From: Thelocarpon superellum
Taxonomy: Eukaryota
NCBI GenBank assembly: GCA_026025795.1
Contig: JAPEUG010000026.1
Span: 1 to 64,000 of the forward strand
Direction: 5' to 3'
Length of the DNA stretch: 64,000 nt
Of this stretch, positions 44,900 through 56,476 are shown piece after piece (positions within the stretch are counted from its first letter, which is position 1; each line of letters opens with the position of its first letter). The translations under genes were made by a program, and so were the position numbers. Below the pieces are notes generated by a model. The model was not told the DNA's origin. It searched no databases and was given only the letters and a program-made list of their open reading frames with translations.

Positions 44900-47702
44900 G
44901 GTCAGAGCTGAAGTATGACGCCAGTGTGCGCAGCTGCTCTCCAGTCGCAAGACGGGCCACGCTCTCTTGTCACCGATATGCCTCTTATCGGCACATAGCT
45001 GATCGGGAGACGGTGATAGAGTCGCGACTGCCGAACTGTTCGCACTGCGCTCAGGTCCTGTAGATGAGAGCCCGAAGAGTGGAGGGGGTCGGTCGTTGGA
45101 GGGTAACTGAATGGAAGTGTTTGATGATTCCTTGCCCCAGGATAATCAACTCCAGAATAGTCCGTGCTGGACGAGCAAGAACTGTCAACCTTTGATAACG
45201 GAAGAAAAAGTAGTAGCCCCTAAAGGATACGCACCGAGTCGCACAACAAAGCGGTTGAGGGAGAAACGGAGCGGTTGGCTGAAGGGTGGTGGAAGAGAAC
45301 GTGTCAAGTGAGATGGTGGACGCGCACCTGTGGCACGACTTCTTTGCCATGTGCCACCATCCCACTCGTATCAGGGCCAGTACGGCACGGAGCAATGGGA
45401 TTCCGACAGCGACGGGGCAAAGAGTGCGTGTCTCCAGCTCGCATCGGGCACCATTTCCCGCTACGGCCGTCCGATCCGTTGCCGCACGACGATTCAGACT
45501 TGATTACCTAATAATGTCCGAGATTGTGTCTCAACGCTCGTAGAAAGCGTTTGAGTGCCCTCCAATAAAACCGCCTCGTACACAGCTAAGCCTAGACGTA
45601 TTGCAGCCACCTGGTCAAGACGGAGATGCTTCTAAGACGTTGACATATGATATCTCCTCTAGGCCTGGAGAGTTTCTTTCATCCGACATGCAGGGAGTCC
45701 CGGGCGGTGCGGAATGGCATTCCATTTCGCTGATTCGCCCACTAGCAGCCGATACCAGGCGCATCGGAGGTGCCGTGTCGGAGGCAATCAGGCAATCCAA
45801 GCCCCGTCGGCGGCACCCGCAGTGCCAGCCCGCCAAGGCGCTCACGGTGAAGAGGAACAGGGCGATGGATGCGCTGAACGGTCGGAGCTTCTCCCTCTCA
45901 CATTCGTGAAACGCACATAATGAGCCCTGGCGTTTGGCATCAGACAAACATACGAGGAGACTTATCTGTCTGCCTACAGCTCTGCCTAGGCGAGTATTGC
46001 TACATGTCTTGATGGAAAGGAGAGGCCACGTTTGGGATCTGTGCAGGCTGAAGGGTTTAACCGGCCCTAAATCGGATTGCTCTACAAAGGCGCAAGTCGA
46101 GCAATTGACCAGCGGAGGTCAATCAACATAAAGTTGTGACTCTGCAGTAATCATGATGACATTTGCCGGTATACTGGCGTGATGGAGGCGTGGATGCACC
46201 AGGACATGGGAAGCGCCGTACGGGTACTACTTGCAGAACAATGGAAGAGAACAACGATGTGGATTTAGCCGGGCGGGCGTTATGAAATGTTGCCTTTCCA
46301 CACGGTGCGCCGTGGCCCCGGCGCGTCTTCTCGAACCGAGCAGACAGGGGCTAGAGTGCAGCAGTCCCGCAAGGCGGTCTGCCAGGCAGGACAGAAAGGA
46401 AAGCTTGTCGGACTTCATTTCCCTGTATCCTTATGACGTGTTGGTAGGCGTCTTGAGGACCGAGCCACAACTCCTACTGGAAGTAAACCAACGGAGCACG
46501 ACTGCGTCCCACACTCTAAAATCACTGATGCTGCGAATTTGCAAAGCTGGAGAGCCTCGTTGCTGGGGGGTCGGCTGATCTAAGGGATGAGTGCAACCGA
46601 TTCTCCGTTAGGTGCGTGGAAGTACGAAGTACCGTGGCCTAGAGGTCGCACCTCTGGGTCAACTGTACCTTGGGTGTTATGTACAAGTACGAAGGTACTT
46701 TTTAGCCCTGGCCTTGAGCCGCGTACCCTTGCCGCGCCGTTGTTGTTCGGTGTGCGCTGGTTGGTCCAATCGGCCTACCGACCTGGCCTATCCCCTCACC
46801 CCGCCCCTTAGGTTGGTCGGGCACTCGCCCATCCGAGGCGTGCCTAATCGTGAGAGTCGTGCCGAAGCCTGCAGCCAAGGACGACTACTCGACTGCTCGT
46901 GGCTCGATACTGGCCCGCGCACCCTGTCACGACTTCGTACCTGCGCTTGTTCCTGTCTCAGGTCGTGCGGGTGCGTGGCCTCTGCTGCAATGGTTGGCCT
47001 CCTCGCTCGCCACGACATGCAGGCTCAGTACGAGTAGCGCCGCGCCGGCAGCAACAGCCTACCATACCAGTACGAGTACCAGGGTCGCCCGGGCTGTTTG
47101 GGATCGGCCTTGGGCAGCCCCGAGGAAACTCACTACGCCCGGCGCGCGCGACCGATGGGCGATGCTGGGCAGGAAACAAGATCGACACTTGCCAATGGCC
47201 GTCCCATGCCCGCCATCATTCTACTCGTACTGCTCGTGACTTGTGAGAAGGCCGTTGTAGGAGTGTTCGCATCGTTGGCAGATAGATTTCAAGTAGTCAC
47301 AGCACTACAAGTAGGCGGTCGACTCCATTATCGCGGATATCGCGTCGCCAGGAGAGCCGCCGCCCTCAGCTCTCCCTCCCCCGGACCCTGTCTACCTCTC
47401 GCGCTCCCCTTGAGTCATTATTGTCATTATTAGCACGCTCTTCATCGCCCAACCTACCAGGACGCAGTAGTACAGTTGCAGGCACGAGTACGAGGAGCTT
47501 CCATGCAGCGCTGCCATCCGTGTGCCCGTGCCTCGACCCTGAAAACACGCTACCTGTGCCCGTGCCTCCGCCCGTGCTTCGTGCCTAAGGTCGTGCTGGT
47601 TGGGTCTCGTACGCCGTGTCGTGACACCACGTCAGGGTTGAATGTATCTTCCAGGCCCGCGGTCTCATGACCGCCCTTGGCTCGTGGTGAATCCTTACCT
47701 TC

Positions 47703-50700
47703 ATGGGTATGTCACCGTCGTGCTCATTGTTCTCCTTCACGACTCCTACACCTCCCTCAACCCCCACGCCGTCGTCGCTGCCTACACCGCACTTTCCACG
47801 TTGACCGTGACCCTAACCCGACGTCGCACGCCTCGAAGCCGAGATACAGACATCGCCCGTGCGGCATCATCAGCCCAAAGCGATCCCTGCCGCAGCTGCG
47901 CCGGACTCTATCACTCGCCATCGCCGAGTTCAGCCTTCAGACGCGTCGCCTGCCGCGGCGGCCTTTAACCCTCCGGCCCCGCCTCCCAAAGAGCAGGCAT
48001 CGTCCAGACCGCCCAATGCGTCTGGCTCGGTCTACACCGGTGCGGTCACTTCCACCACGTCGCCCCATCTCGTCACCCGCGAGCTGCCTGCCCTACCTGG
48101 TGCCTCTTCCACCAACGGGCCTCGCCCAAAGATGGGCTCGGACGGTGGCCTCGACCGTCGGCCCTCCGCGTCGTACGGCCATCATCGACAGACCTCCATC
48201 GTGCATGGCTTCCAGCACTCACGGAACGCCAGCTTCGTCAATTCACCTGCCACCAGTCCGTTGAGCCCGCAGGTCATCTCCGCCGCGGGCGCAACGTTCG
48301 CTGCCAGTATCAGTCCTGGCCCGCCCGCGAACCATAGCGACCTGTCCGATCCTATGACCGTCGTGGCCGGGGTGACAGTCAACGGTCTCAATGGCATGTC
48401 CGCACTCCCAGCTGGTTCGGCCGGCCTGGCAAACGAACGGACCGCGTCCACGGATCGAAGCTCCACCGAGGCGCAGCGACGGATGGAACGGATGCATAGT
48501 GGCAAGGTTCGGCGCGATCCCACCCATCACCACTCACATTCGCGCCACCATCAACAATCCGAACTGAAGACGGTGGGCGAGTATGCTCTTCACCATCTCT
48601 TCAACTCTTTCGTCGGCCAGGCCGACCAAAAGATAGACCAATGCATTGCCAATGCCTTGGCCCCCGAGCCCATCGTCGAAGAGATCTGCGGGCCGGGCGT
48701 CGATCCCAAGTTTGATCAATTGATCTCGGCTCTCGGACACATCGCCCGCCAGAAGCCGAAGCCTCTTATAGATACGCTGATGCTGTGGCGCAAATCCAAG
48801 AGCGAGACGGCCACCTTCGCCCGGACGGAGGCAAGCCAGAAGAACGCCCTCCCTCCCAATGGCCCCCTGACGCGTCGCAATACGGAGCCTACCCACGCGC
48901 CCTCCGACTCCGCCAGTTCTGCCTCGACCTTGGTCAATCCCGCCTCCCCCGCGCTATCCATCTCGCGCCAAGAGACGCTCATACAAGCGGATCGAAGAGC
49001 GACAGTGGCCATCTACCTGCTCTGTCGGGTCTTGATGGAGATCTTGGGCCAGAGTACCTTGGCCTGCGTCACGCTCGAGATGGCCGACAAGCTTGAGGAC
49101 ATCATCTTCGGTCAGCTGAAAGCCGCCGACGCCGACCAGCTGGCCGCCTCATCCTTGAAGCTGGCCAACTGGTCCATCTTCTCCGAGTTACTCGGCGTCA
49201 TGAGCGAGCTCAACCCGGGCAGCGTCGCCGACCGCTTTTTCGTCGAGCTGGAGAAGCTGCAACGTGATTGTGGACTCAAAGGTGTCGCCAGCAAGGAGGC
49301 TGAGGCGCGCACGGAGCTCGTCGTCATGGGTATGAAGCACTTCCGCCTCAAGCTGTCGCCGGCCGAGGCCTGGGAGCAGTCCTGCGACCTGATACAGACC
49401 CTGGCTCGCTTTTATGCCAACTCCCATGGCCAGCGGATCAAGCACGCTTACTGCCGTCTCCTGACCAAGCTCATGCTGCCCATCGCCGCCAACGCTGGCC
49501 CGGGACTGAACCTTCCTAAGTGGCGCGGAGTGGTTGACCTCATCAACGACAAGGTCTCGCAAATGCTGCTGAAACCCCGCCATTGGCTGGACGCCTTTCC
49601 TTTGATGACCGTCTTGCTCAGCGCCTCGCCTGTCGAGCTGTTTACGAGCCAGTGGATGCACGTGGTAGGCCCGCTCACTTCCAAACTCAAGGACCGCGCG
49701 ACACGTAGTACTGCGCTCCAAGCCATCTGCCGCCTCGTATGGACCTACTTGTACCGCACCAACGACGCCCCGGCCGCGACGACCCGCAAATTGGAAGAGG
49801 TCATCCGTCTCGTCCTACCCAGCGGCAAGAAGACTTACCTGTCCACCGAGGCTACCATCGCCGAACCACTCATACAGCTAATCCGCATGATTGGCTACAA
49901 GCACCAAGAACTATGTTTCCGAACCGTCATCTTCCCCCTCATCAACTCAGACCTCTTCGCCTCGGGCCGCGAGCTGAAGGTGGAACAACTGGAGCCGGAG
50001 AAGATGGTCATTGGCATCCGTGCTTTCCTTGCCATCATGGCGGATCTTGAGCGCGGCGAGCATGGACGACCTCCGTTTCCCCAGCTCTTCACGGGCTCGA
50101 CAGCGTCCGATCGGTTGCCCTCGTCGCCCATCTTGGCTGGCGGCGCGTCGCCGACAGTTCCTGAGGCGCCGCGCACGGCCTTTCGTGAAGAGCGACTGTC
50201 TCGTCCTGTGCTGACGACCCTATTCAGCGAACCTGTCAAGGAGTACTACGCCATCTTCTGCGAGATCCTTGGCAAGATCACCATGATCTGCGACGACACG
50301 TTTGGGGGACAGGCCGCGCTGGACGAGAAGTTTGCCAGTCTCACACCCAAGACTCCCATCTCCGACACCTTTAGCTTCGGCCGCAAAGACGAACATCAGG
50401 GGACAATGGATCACCGGCAAGGCTTCTACGACTTATTGTACGTGGCCGTGCAGGCGCTGCCGCGATGTCTGTCGGCGGACCTACCCTTCAATTCCATTGT
50501 CAACCTTCTCTGCACCGGCACCGCCCACGTGCAAAATAATATCGCTGCCTCGTCGGCGCAGTCGCTCAAGTCTATTGCCCGACAGTCCCACGCCCAACAG
50601 GTAACCATTGGCTTCGCACGATTCATTTTCAATTTCGACGACCGCTACGCCACGATGTCGGAAGGAGGCATGCTCGGCCCCCTGCACATCGAGTACACGC

Positions 50701-53700
50701 TAAAACTCTACGTCGAGCTCCTCCAGATCTGGATCGAGGAAATCAAGCGGAAGAGCAAGGAGGCGACAGTCGAGATATCGGACAGTGGACCGGGGCCGGC
50801 GAGGCGAGGGGCACAGCTCGACCTCTCGGGTGTCCAGGTGTACGTGGATGAGGTGGAGTCGCACGGACTGTTCTTCTTGTGCTCGCAGTCGCGACGGGTG
50901 CGCTCCTTTGCCGTCACCGTGTTGCGTCTTATCACCGAGTTTGACCAGGCGCTGGCCAAGGAAAACACGCGCATCATCCAAATCATGGAGAAAGAGTCCC
51001 TGCTGGTCATGGACTTTGACGATGAGAGTCTTTCCGTGGCCGAACGAAGTCGGCTGCAGCGCGGCATGCGAAAGAACAACTCGCACAACACCCTGATCGA
51101 ACTTTGCAGCAGTGATATCTCGTACGACGCAACCCTCTGGTTCAAGATCTTCCCGAACCTGGTCCGCATCAGCTTCGAGCGATGTCCCTTTGCTACGACG
51201 TTGTCACGGGAAATCATCTGCTCGCGCCTGCTACAGATGCACAAGGGTATCGTCGCCCTTGCAGAAGCCGCGCGCGGGCCCCAATATCCTGCACTTGACA
51301 TAATCCCGGGTCGCACAGGGCCCCGCCTCTCGAGCACGCCACCGGAGGTGATGATTGAGCAGTGGAAGCTTTATCTCATCGTTGCCTGCACCACCTTGAC
51401 CAACACGGGCGCCCAGCTGCCCCCGCCGCCGCCGGCACCGACCGCCCAGCACGCGCGCAAGGCGTCACGACCGTCACAGCAGCCCCAGGAGAAAGTTCTC
51501 TCGGCACGCTCTCTCTTCCATTACGTCATTCCCCTACTGTCCGTTGGACCGAGCTCGATCCGGGACGCCGTGGTCGTGGCCTTGGGCTCGATCAATATCA
51601 ACCTGTACAAGACGCTACTGGAATCGCTACATTCCGCAGTGGCCATGTGCAATGAAGACGCCCGAATTCGGATCCACCAGCGCACAGCCAGCAGTCCCCG
51701 CCGAAGTCGGCGCACTGACCGCCTCCGCACGGAGATTACGCACGTCTACAAGCTGACGTCGCACTTCCTCCGGGACGAGCGAGCTTTTGCGGATGACGCC
51801 GTGCTCCAGAACATCGTGACCTACACCAACGACCTGAAGATCTTTCTGAGCGACGCCGAGGTGCAGCATGACTGGGAGTTTCAGAAGCTCAGGCGGCACT
51901 ACTGCGGTCTCATGGAAGAGCTCTACGAAGGGATCAACCGAACCAAGGACCCGGCGCGATGGATGCCGTTCGAGGCGCGGAAGTCAGCGTTTGCCCTTAT
52001 GGAGGACTGGTGTGGCTACTCCGCCAATCAGACGCAGATCCGGCAACGCGAGGACAGCATGCGCCAGTCGATGATGGAGCAGCAGAAAGACCTGGGCGAC
52101 AAGGGCACCGTCACGGCTGCCATGGAGATTGAGAAGCGCAATCTCAAGACGGCGGCGTTGAGCGCCATGGCAACCTTGTGTGGCGGGCCGGTTAGCGTCA
52201 CGACGGAGCGAAAGGGTAACCTTCAGTTCGACGTGCGACGGATGCTCTCGTGGATCAACGCGATTTTCAGCACGCCAAGCGACCGGCTGCATGCCATCGG
52301 CCGGCGCGCGCTCAAGAATCTCATCGTGCAGAATGACGAGCACCCGTACCTACTCGAGCGGTCAATCCAGATGTGCTACCTGTCCGAAGCGCCCAAAGCG
52401 TTGGAGAGCTACTTTGATGTGGTGTCATCAGTGCTGCTGGAGCATCCGGCCTACCCGCTGGCCTTTTACAAGGTGCTTGGGGCGGGCCTGTTCACGTTGG
52501 GGAACGAGAAGAGCGAGATCCGGTCCAAGTCGGCGCATTTGCTGCGCACGCTCGAGGAGCGGCTGCAGAAGAGCTCGCGCATCCAAGACTATGACATCAG
52601 CATCTCGGATAAGACGACAGCAGTGTACAAGTTGGCCCAGTTCGAGATGTCGCGACGGCTAGCCAAGCAGCACTCGGAAGTGGCCTTTCTCATCTTCTCC
52701 GAATTCTCCGTCTACTTCAAGAGCCTTGAGGCGCACCACCAGCGCAACATGGTGGCGGCCATCCTACCGTGGATTCAGGCGGTGGAGCTGCAGGTGGATC
52801 CAAACGGTGGGCCTACAGCACCGTCATATATGCTCCTGGCGAACCTGTTCGAGATCACGATCAACTCCAGTGGGCTCCTCCACAACGAAGTGCAAGCGCT
52901 GTGGCAGGCGCTGGCTACGGGTCCGCACGGTGGCAACGTCCAGCTCGTGCTGAATTTCATCATCTCGCTCTGCCTCGACAAGCGCGAGCAGAACTTTGTC
53001 GACTACGCCAAACAGATTGTCGTCTTCATGTCAAGCACGCCGGCCGGGCTGAAGGTGGTGGAATTCCTGCTGCTCAAGATCACGCCCAAGGCCATGGTGC
53101 AGGAAAAGCGAGCGCCGATTGGACCGCCACCCGACGCCGTAGCGCTCCCCTATGTGGCCGACCTCACGCTGGCCTTGCCGGTGGGCAACAAGCAGGCCGG
53201 CTTCTCCCTGGGACAGCTCTCGTTGATCCTGCTCGTTGATCTCATGGTGTCGCCGGTGCAGCTCGGGGCGGACAGTGTACCGCTCCTGCTCCAGGTGGTG
53301 TTCGTGCTGTGGGATCATTACATCGCGCTGGTGCAGGAGCAGGCCCGCGAGATGCTCATCCACCTTATCCACGAACTCGTCATTTCCAAGATTGGCGACA
53401 AGCATACGATGCCGAGCAAAAAGGAGGTGGAGGATCTGATCGAGGCCATCCGTCGGCATGACACGCACGTCATCTGGGCGTACGACGACAGCAACGGCAA
53501 GGAGCACGGGGAGGGACCGCGAGTGCCGACCTCGATGGCTGATCTCGCGGCACAAGTGGTGGACGTCTTCGCGATCGCATACCCACGCATCCGCGAGCAA
53601 TGGGGCAAGGTGACGCTGCACTGGGCCACGTCGTGTCCGGTGCGACATCTGGCGTGTCGCAGCTTCCAGATCTTCCGATGCATTCTCATCTCGCTGGATC

Positions 53701-55619
53701 AGACCATGCTCTCGGACATGCTAGCGCGTCTGTCTAACACGATCGCGGATGAGGACGCGGACATTCAAACCTTCTCGATGGAGATCCTCACGACGCTCAA
53801 GACGATCATTGGGGCCCTGGATCCGCCGGACCTGTTGCAGTATCCGCAACTGTTTTGGACAACGTGCGCCTGCCTGAACACGATCAACGAGCTGGAGTTC
53901 GTGGAGAGCCTGGCCATGTTGGAGCACTTCATGGACAAGGTGACGCTGACGCGCCCGGAGCACCTGCAGCTCCTGGTGGACAACGTGCCCACCAAGTGGG
54001 AGGGGACGTTCGAGGGCATTCAGCCGCTGATCTATCGTGGGTTGCGCTCGTCGGTGTCGCTCGATCGAACCTTGGCGGTGATGCAGAAGCTCGTGGTGCT
54101 GCCCCATCACCCGCTCATCGGCGACGAGAGCGGGCTGCTCTTCGCCGTACTGGCGACCTTGCCCCGCTCCCTTCGTGGCCTCGATGAGGGCCGGAGCGAC
54201 GCGGGCGCAGTGGCGTGCGGGATGCAGCTGGCCGACGTGGCGGAGGCGCAGGGGTACGAGGGGCTGGCGGCGGCGCTCATGGAGCTGGCGCACGCCCCGC
54301 CCGCACGACAGCACGAGGCATTGACGCGGGCGGTGCACGCGATCCGCGAGGCCTACTTCCCCGAATACGAGTTCAAGAGCCTGGTCTTCCTCATGGGCCT
54401 GCTCACGAACGCGCTGCCGTGGTTCAAGGTCAAGACGATGGAGGTCTTGTGCGTGATGATTCCCGACATCGACATGCGCAAGCCGGAAATCGCGTCGCAC
54501 GGGCCGGATCTGATCTCCCCGCTGCTGCGGCTGCTGCAGACGGAGTTCTGCCCGCAGGCGCTCGAGGTGCTGGACCACATCATGGCGATGCCGGGCACGC
54601 CGATGGACCGGCACCACATCCGCATGAGCATGGCGAACGCGCAGTCACGGGCGATACGCAAGGAGTACGAGCGGACGCAGAGCTTGTTCGGCATCCCCGA
54701 GGACAGCGGCTGGTCCATTCCGATGCCGGCCGTGTTTTCGGCGACGACGCGGGGTAACGTGCACGCCGTCTTCTATACGTGCGCCAACGCGGACGCGGTC
54801 GAGGCCGGCGTGGCGGCGGCGACGCCAGAGGTGGAGTTCCACGCGGACGAGTTCCACTACGGCTACGCCGCGCCCGAGCGAACGGCGACGATGATGTCGG
54901 ACGAGGTCCGGGGCGATGGCAACATGGGCGAGCTGGTGATGAAGTTGGACAGCCTCGATGACTTCTTCGATGACCACACGATCAACAGCACCTCGCCGTC
55001 CGGGCCGAAGTCGCCGGACGCGCTCACGCAGTACTACAGCGACGCGGCGGACGTCGGGGCGCGCTACGACCAGCAGACGCTGCCGCTGCTGCGCAAGTCG
55101 CTGACGCGAACCGCGAGCGTGACGTCGCTCAAGTCGGGGTTTGCCGACGCCAAGTCGTTCTCGTCGACGATGATGCCGCCACCGGCGGCGCGCGAGGGCG
55201 GCACGACGATGAGCCCGACGGCGTTCGCGCTGCCGGGGCCGCCGCCGGTGCCGGCCATCCGACCGAGCATGCACGCACGGTCCGTCACCTCCCCGGCGGC
55301 GCACTCGGCGCCGACCTACGTGGGCAGCGACTTTGCCTCGGACGAAGACCTCGAGGCCGTCTTCTCCGAGGACGAATACCATCCGTCGAGCGCGGGCGAG
55401 GGGAGCGAGGGAGCCTTTTCGTTTGGTAACATGATCCGGCCGTGGGCGTCAGGCACGCGCTCCGGCATGCGACGGCTGACGGGCGGCGGCGGTCGGGATC
55501 GGGAGCGACAGCGGGACGTGGTGCGGGCGGAGAAGAAAGCGGGGGCGCCGATGAAGTCGCCCAAGGTGCCACCGGTGCCGCCGACCTACCTCCAGAGTCC
55601 GCCCATGCCGGACACGTGA
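47703..55619 (+). CDS. TAO3: RAM/MOR network scaffold Tao3/Pag1/Mor2 (Furry family); proposed exon 47703-47706 (ATGG), intron 47707-47838, exon 47839-55619
   Basis: About 2590 aa; RRPSASYGHHRQTSIVHG; FDQLISALGHIARQKPKPLIDTLMLWRK; WATSCPVRHLACRSFQIFR; fallback in-frame ATG at 48132. Confidence 0.93.
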
Positions 55620-56476
55620 GGCGTGCGCGGGAGGGCCGTGGACGGAGCGGGTGGATGATTGCATTGCAGGTGCATGTGGGTGTGGCATCGATGCCGTGTG
55701 TCTCATCGCATCTCATCTCATCTCGCGCATTTGATCGGGCGAAGGGGACCAAGTTCGCATGCCCTTGAGGGCACCTCCCCAGCGGGAGCGGACGGTGCAT
55801 GGAGGCGTTTGTTCGCGGTCGGCGGACGCGGTTTGGGTCGCTCTGTCTGACCGCGGGTGAGGAGGAAAGGCAGATGAGGGCGCAGATGGAGAGGCAGATA
55901 ACTCGTCCACTTGCAATCTAACGGATGACTCCTATCCAGAGCTGTGTCTCGTCAATCGCCGTCTTGAGGCGTCAGATTCGTTGATCCGACATGCTTCCTC
56001 ACCGTAGGGCTAGCTGTAGACGTGCATGGCGAGGCGTTGCGAGGCATGCCCCTGCTCAGAATGCACCCGTTGTCGCATCACCTGCCTAGTCCGTGGCTGC
56101 ATGATGATCCACGACGGCGGGGAAGGAGGAAAGTCAATCGCTTCCAGCAATCCGGATCGGCGGGTCCAGTGGCACGGAGGTAGGGCGAACGGTGCCCTCA
56201 ACACCCGGCACCTCGGCAATCTGCCGACGACGGATCTCGCGGGCAGGGTGGTATACTCCATCGGACCCCGCCACGAGACCATACTCTGTCCGGGACGGAG
56301 CCGATCATCTCTGCGGCATATGGACTGAGAAGGGCTCCCTTCTGTCGTCGGAGTCACGCACGATGCGTTTCCCCCCACGGTAAGCATCCACGGTAACCCT
56401 CGTGGGCCCCCTCCACGTCGGTCCTCCCATCGTCCGCCACCGGCCGCGGGCCTCGTTACCTCCCCCGTCACCCATC

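Noticed and set aside
46154..46165. ATGATGA C-box candidates here and at 56101
   Set aside because: No CTGA D box or terminal stem at typical distance
47411..47417. Perfect TGAGTCA (Gcn4/CpcA-like) site upstream of TAO3
   Set aside because: A single 7-mer is expected by chance in 64 kb
47810..47819. ACCCTAACCC as a telomerase RNA template or telomeric seed
   Set aside because: Better explained as the branch site of the TAO3 first intron; no supporting TER elements seen
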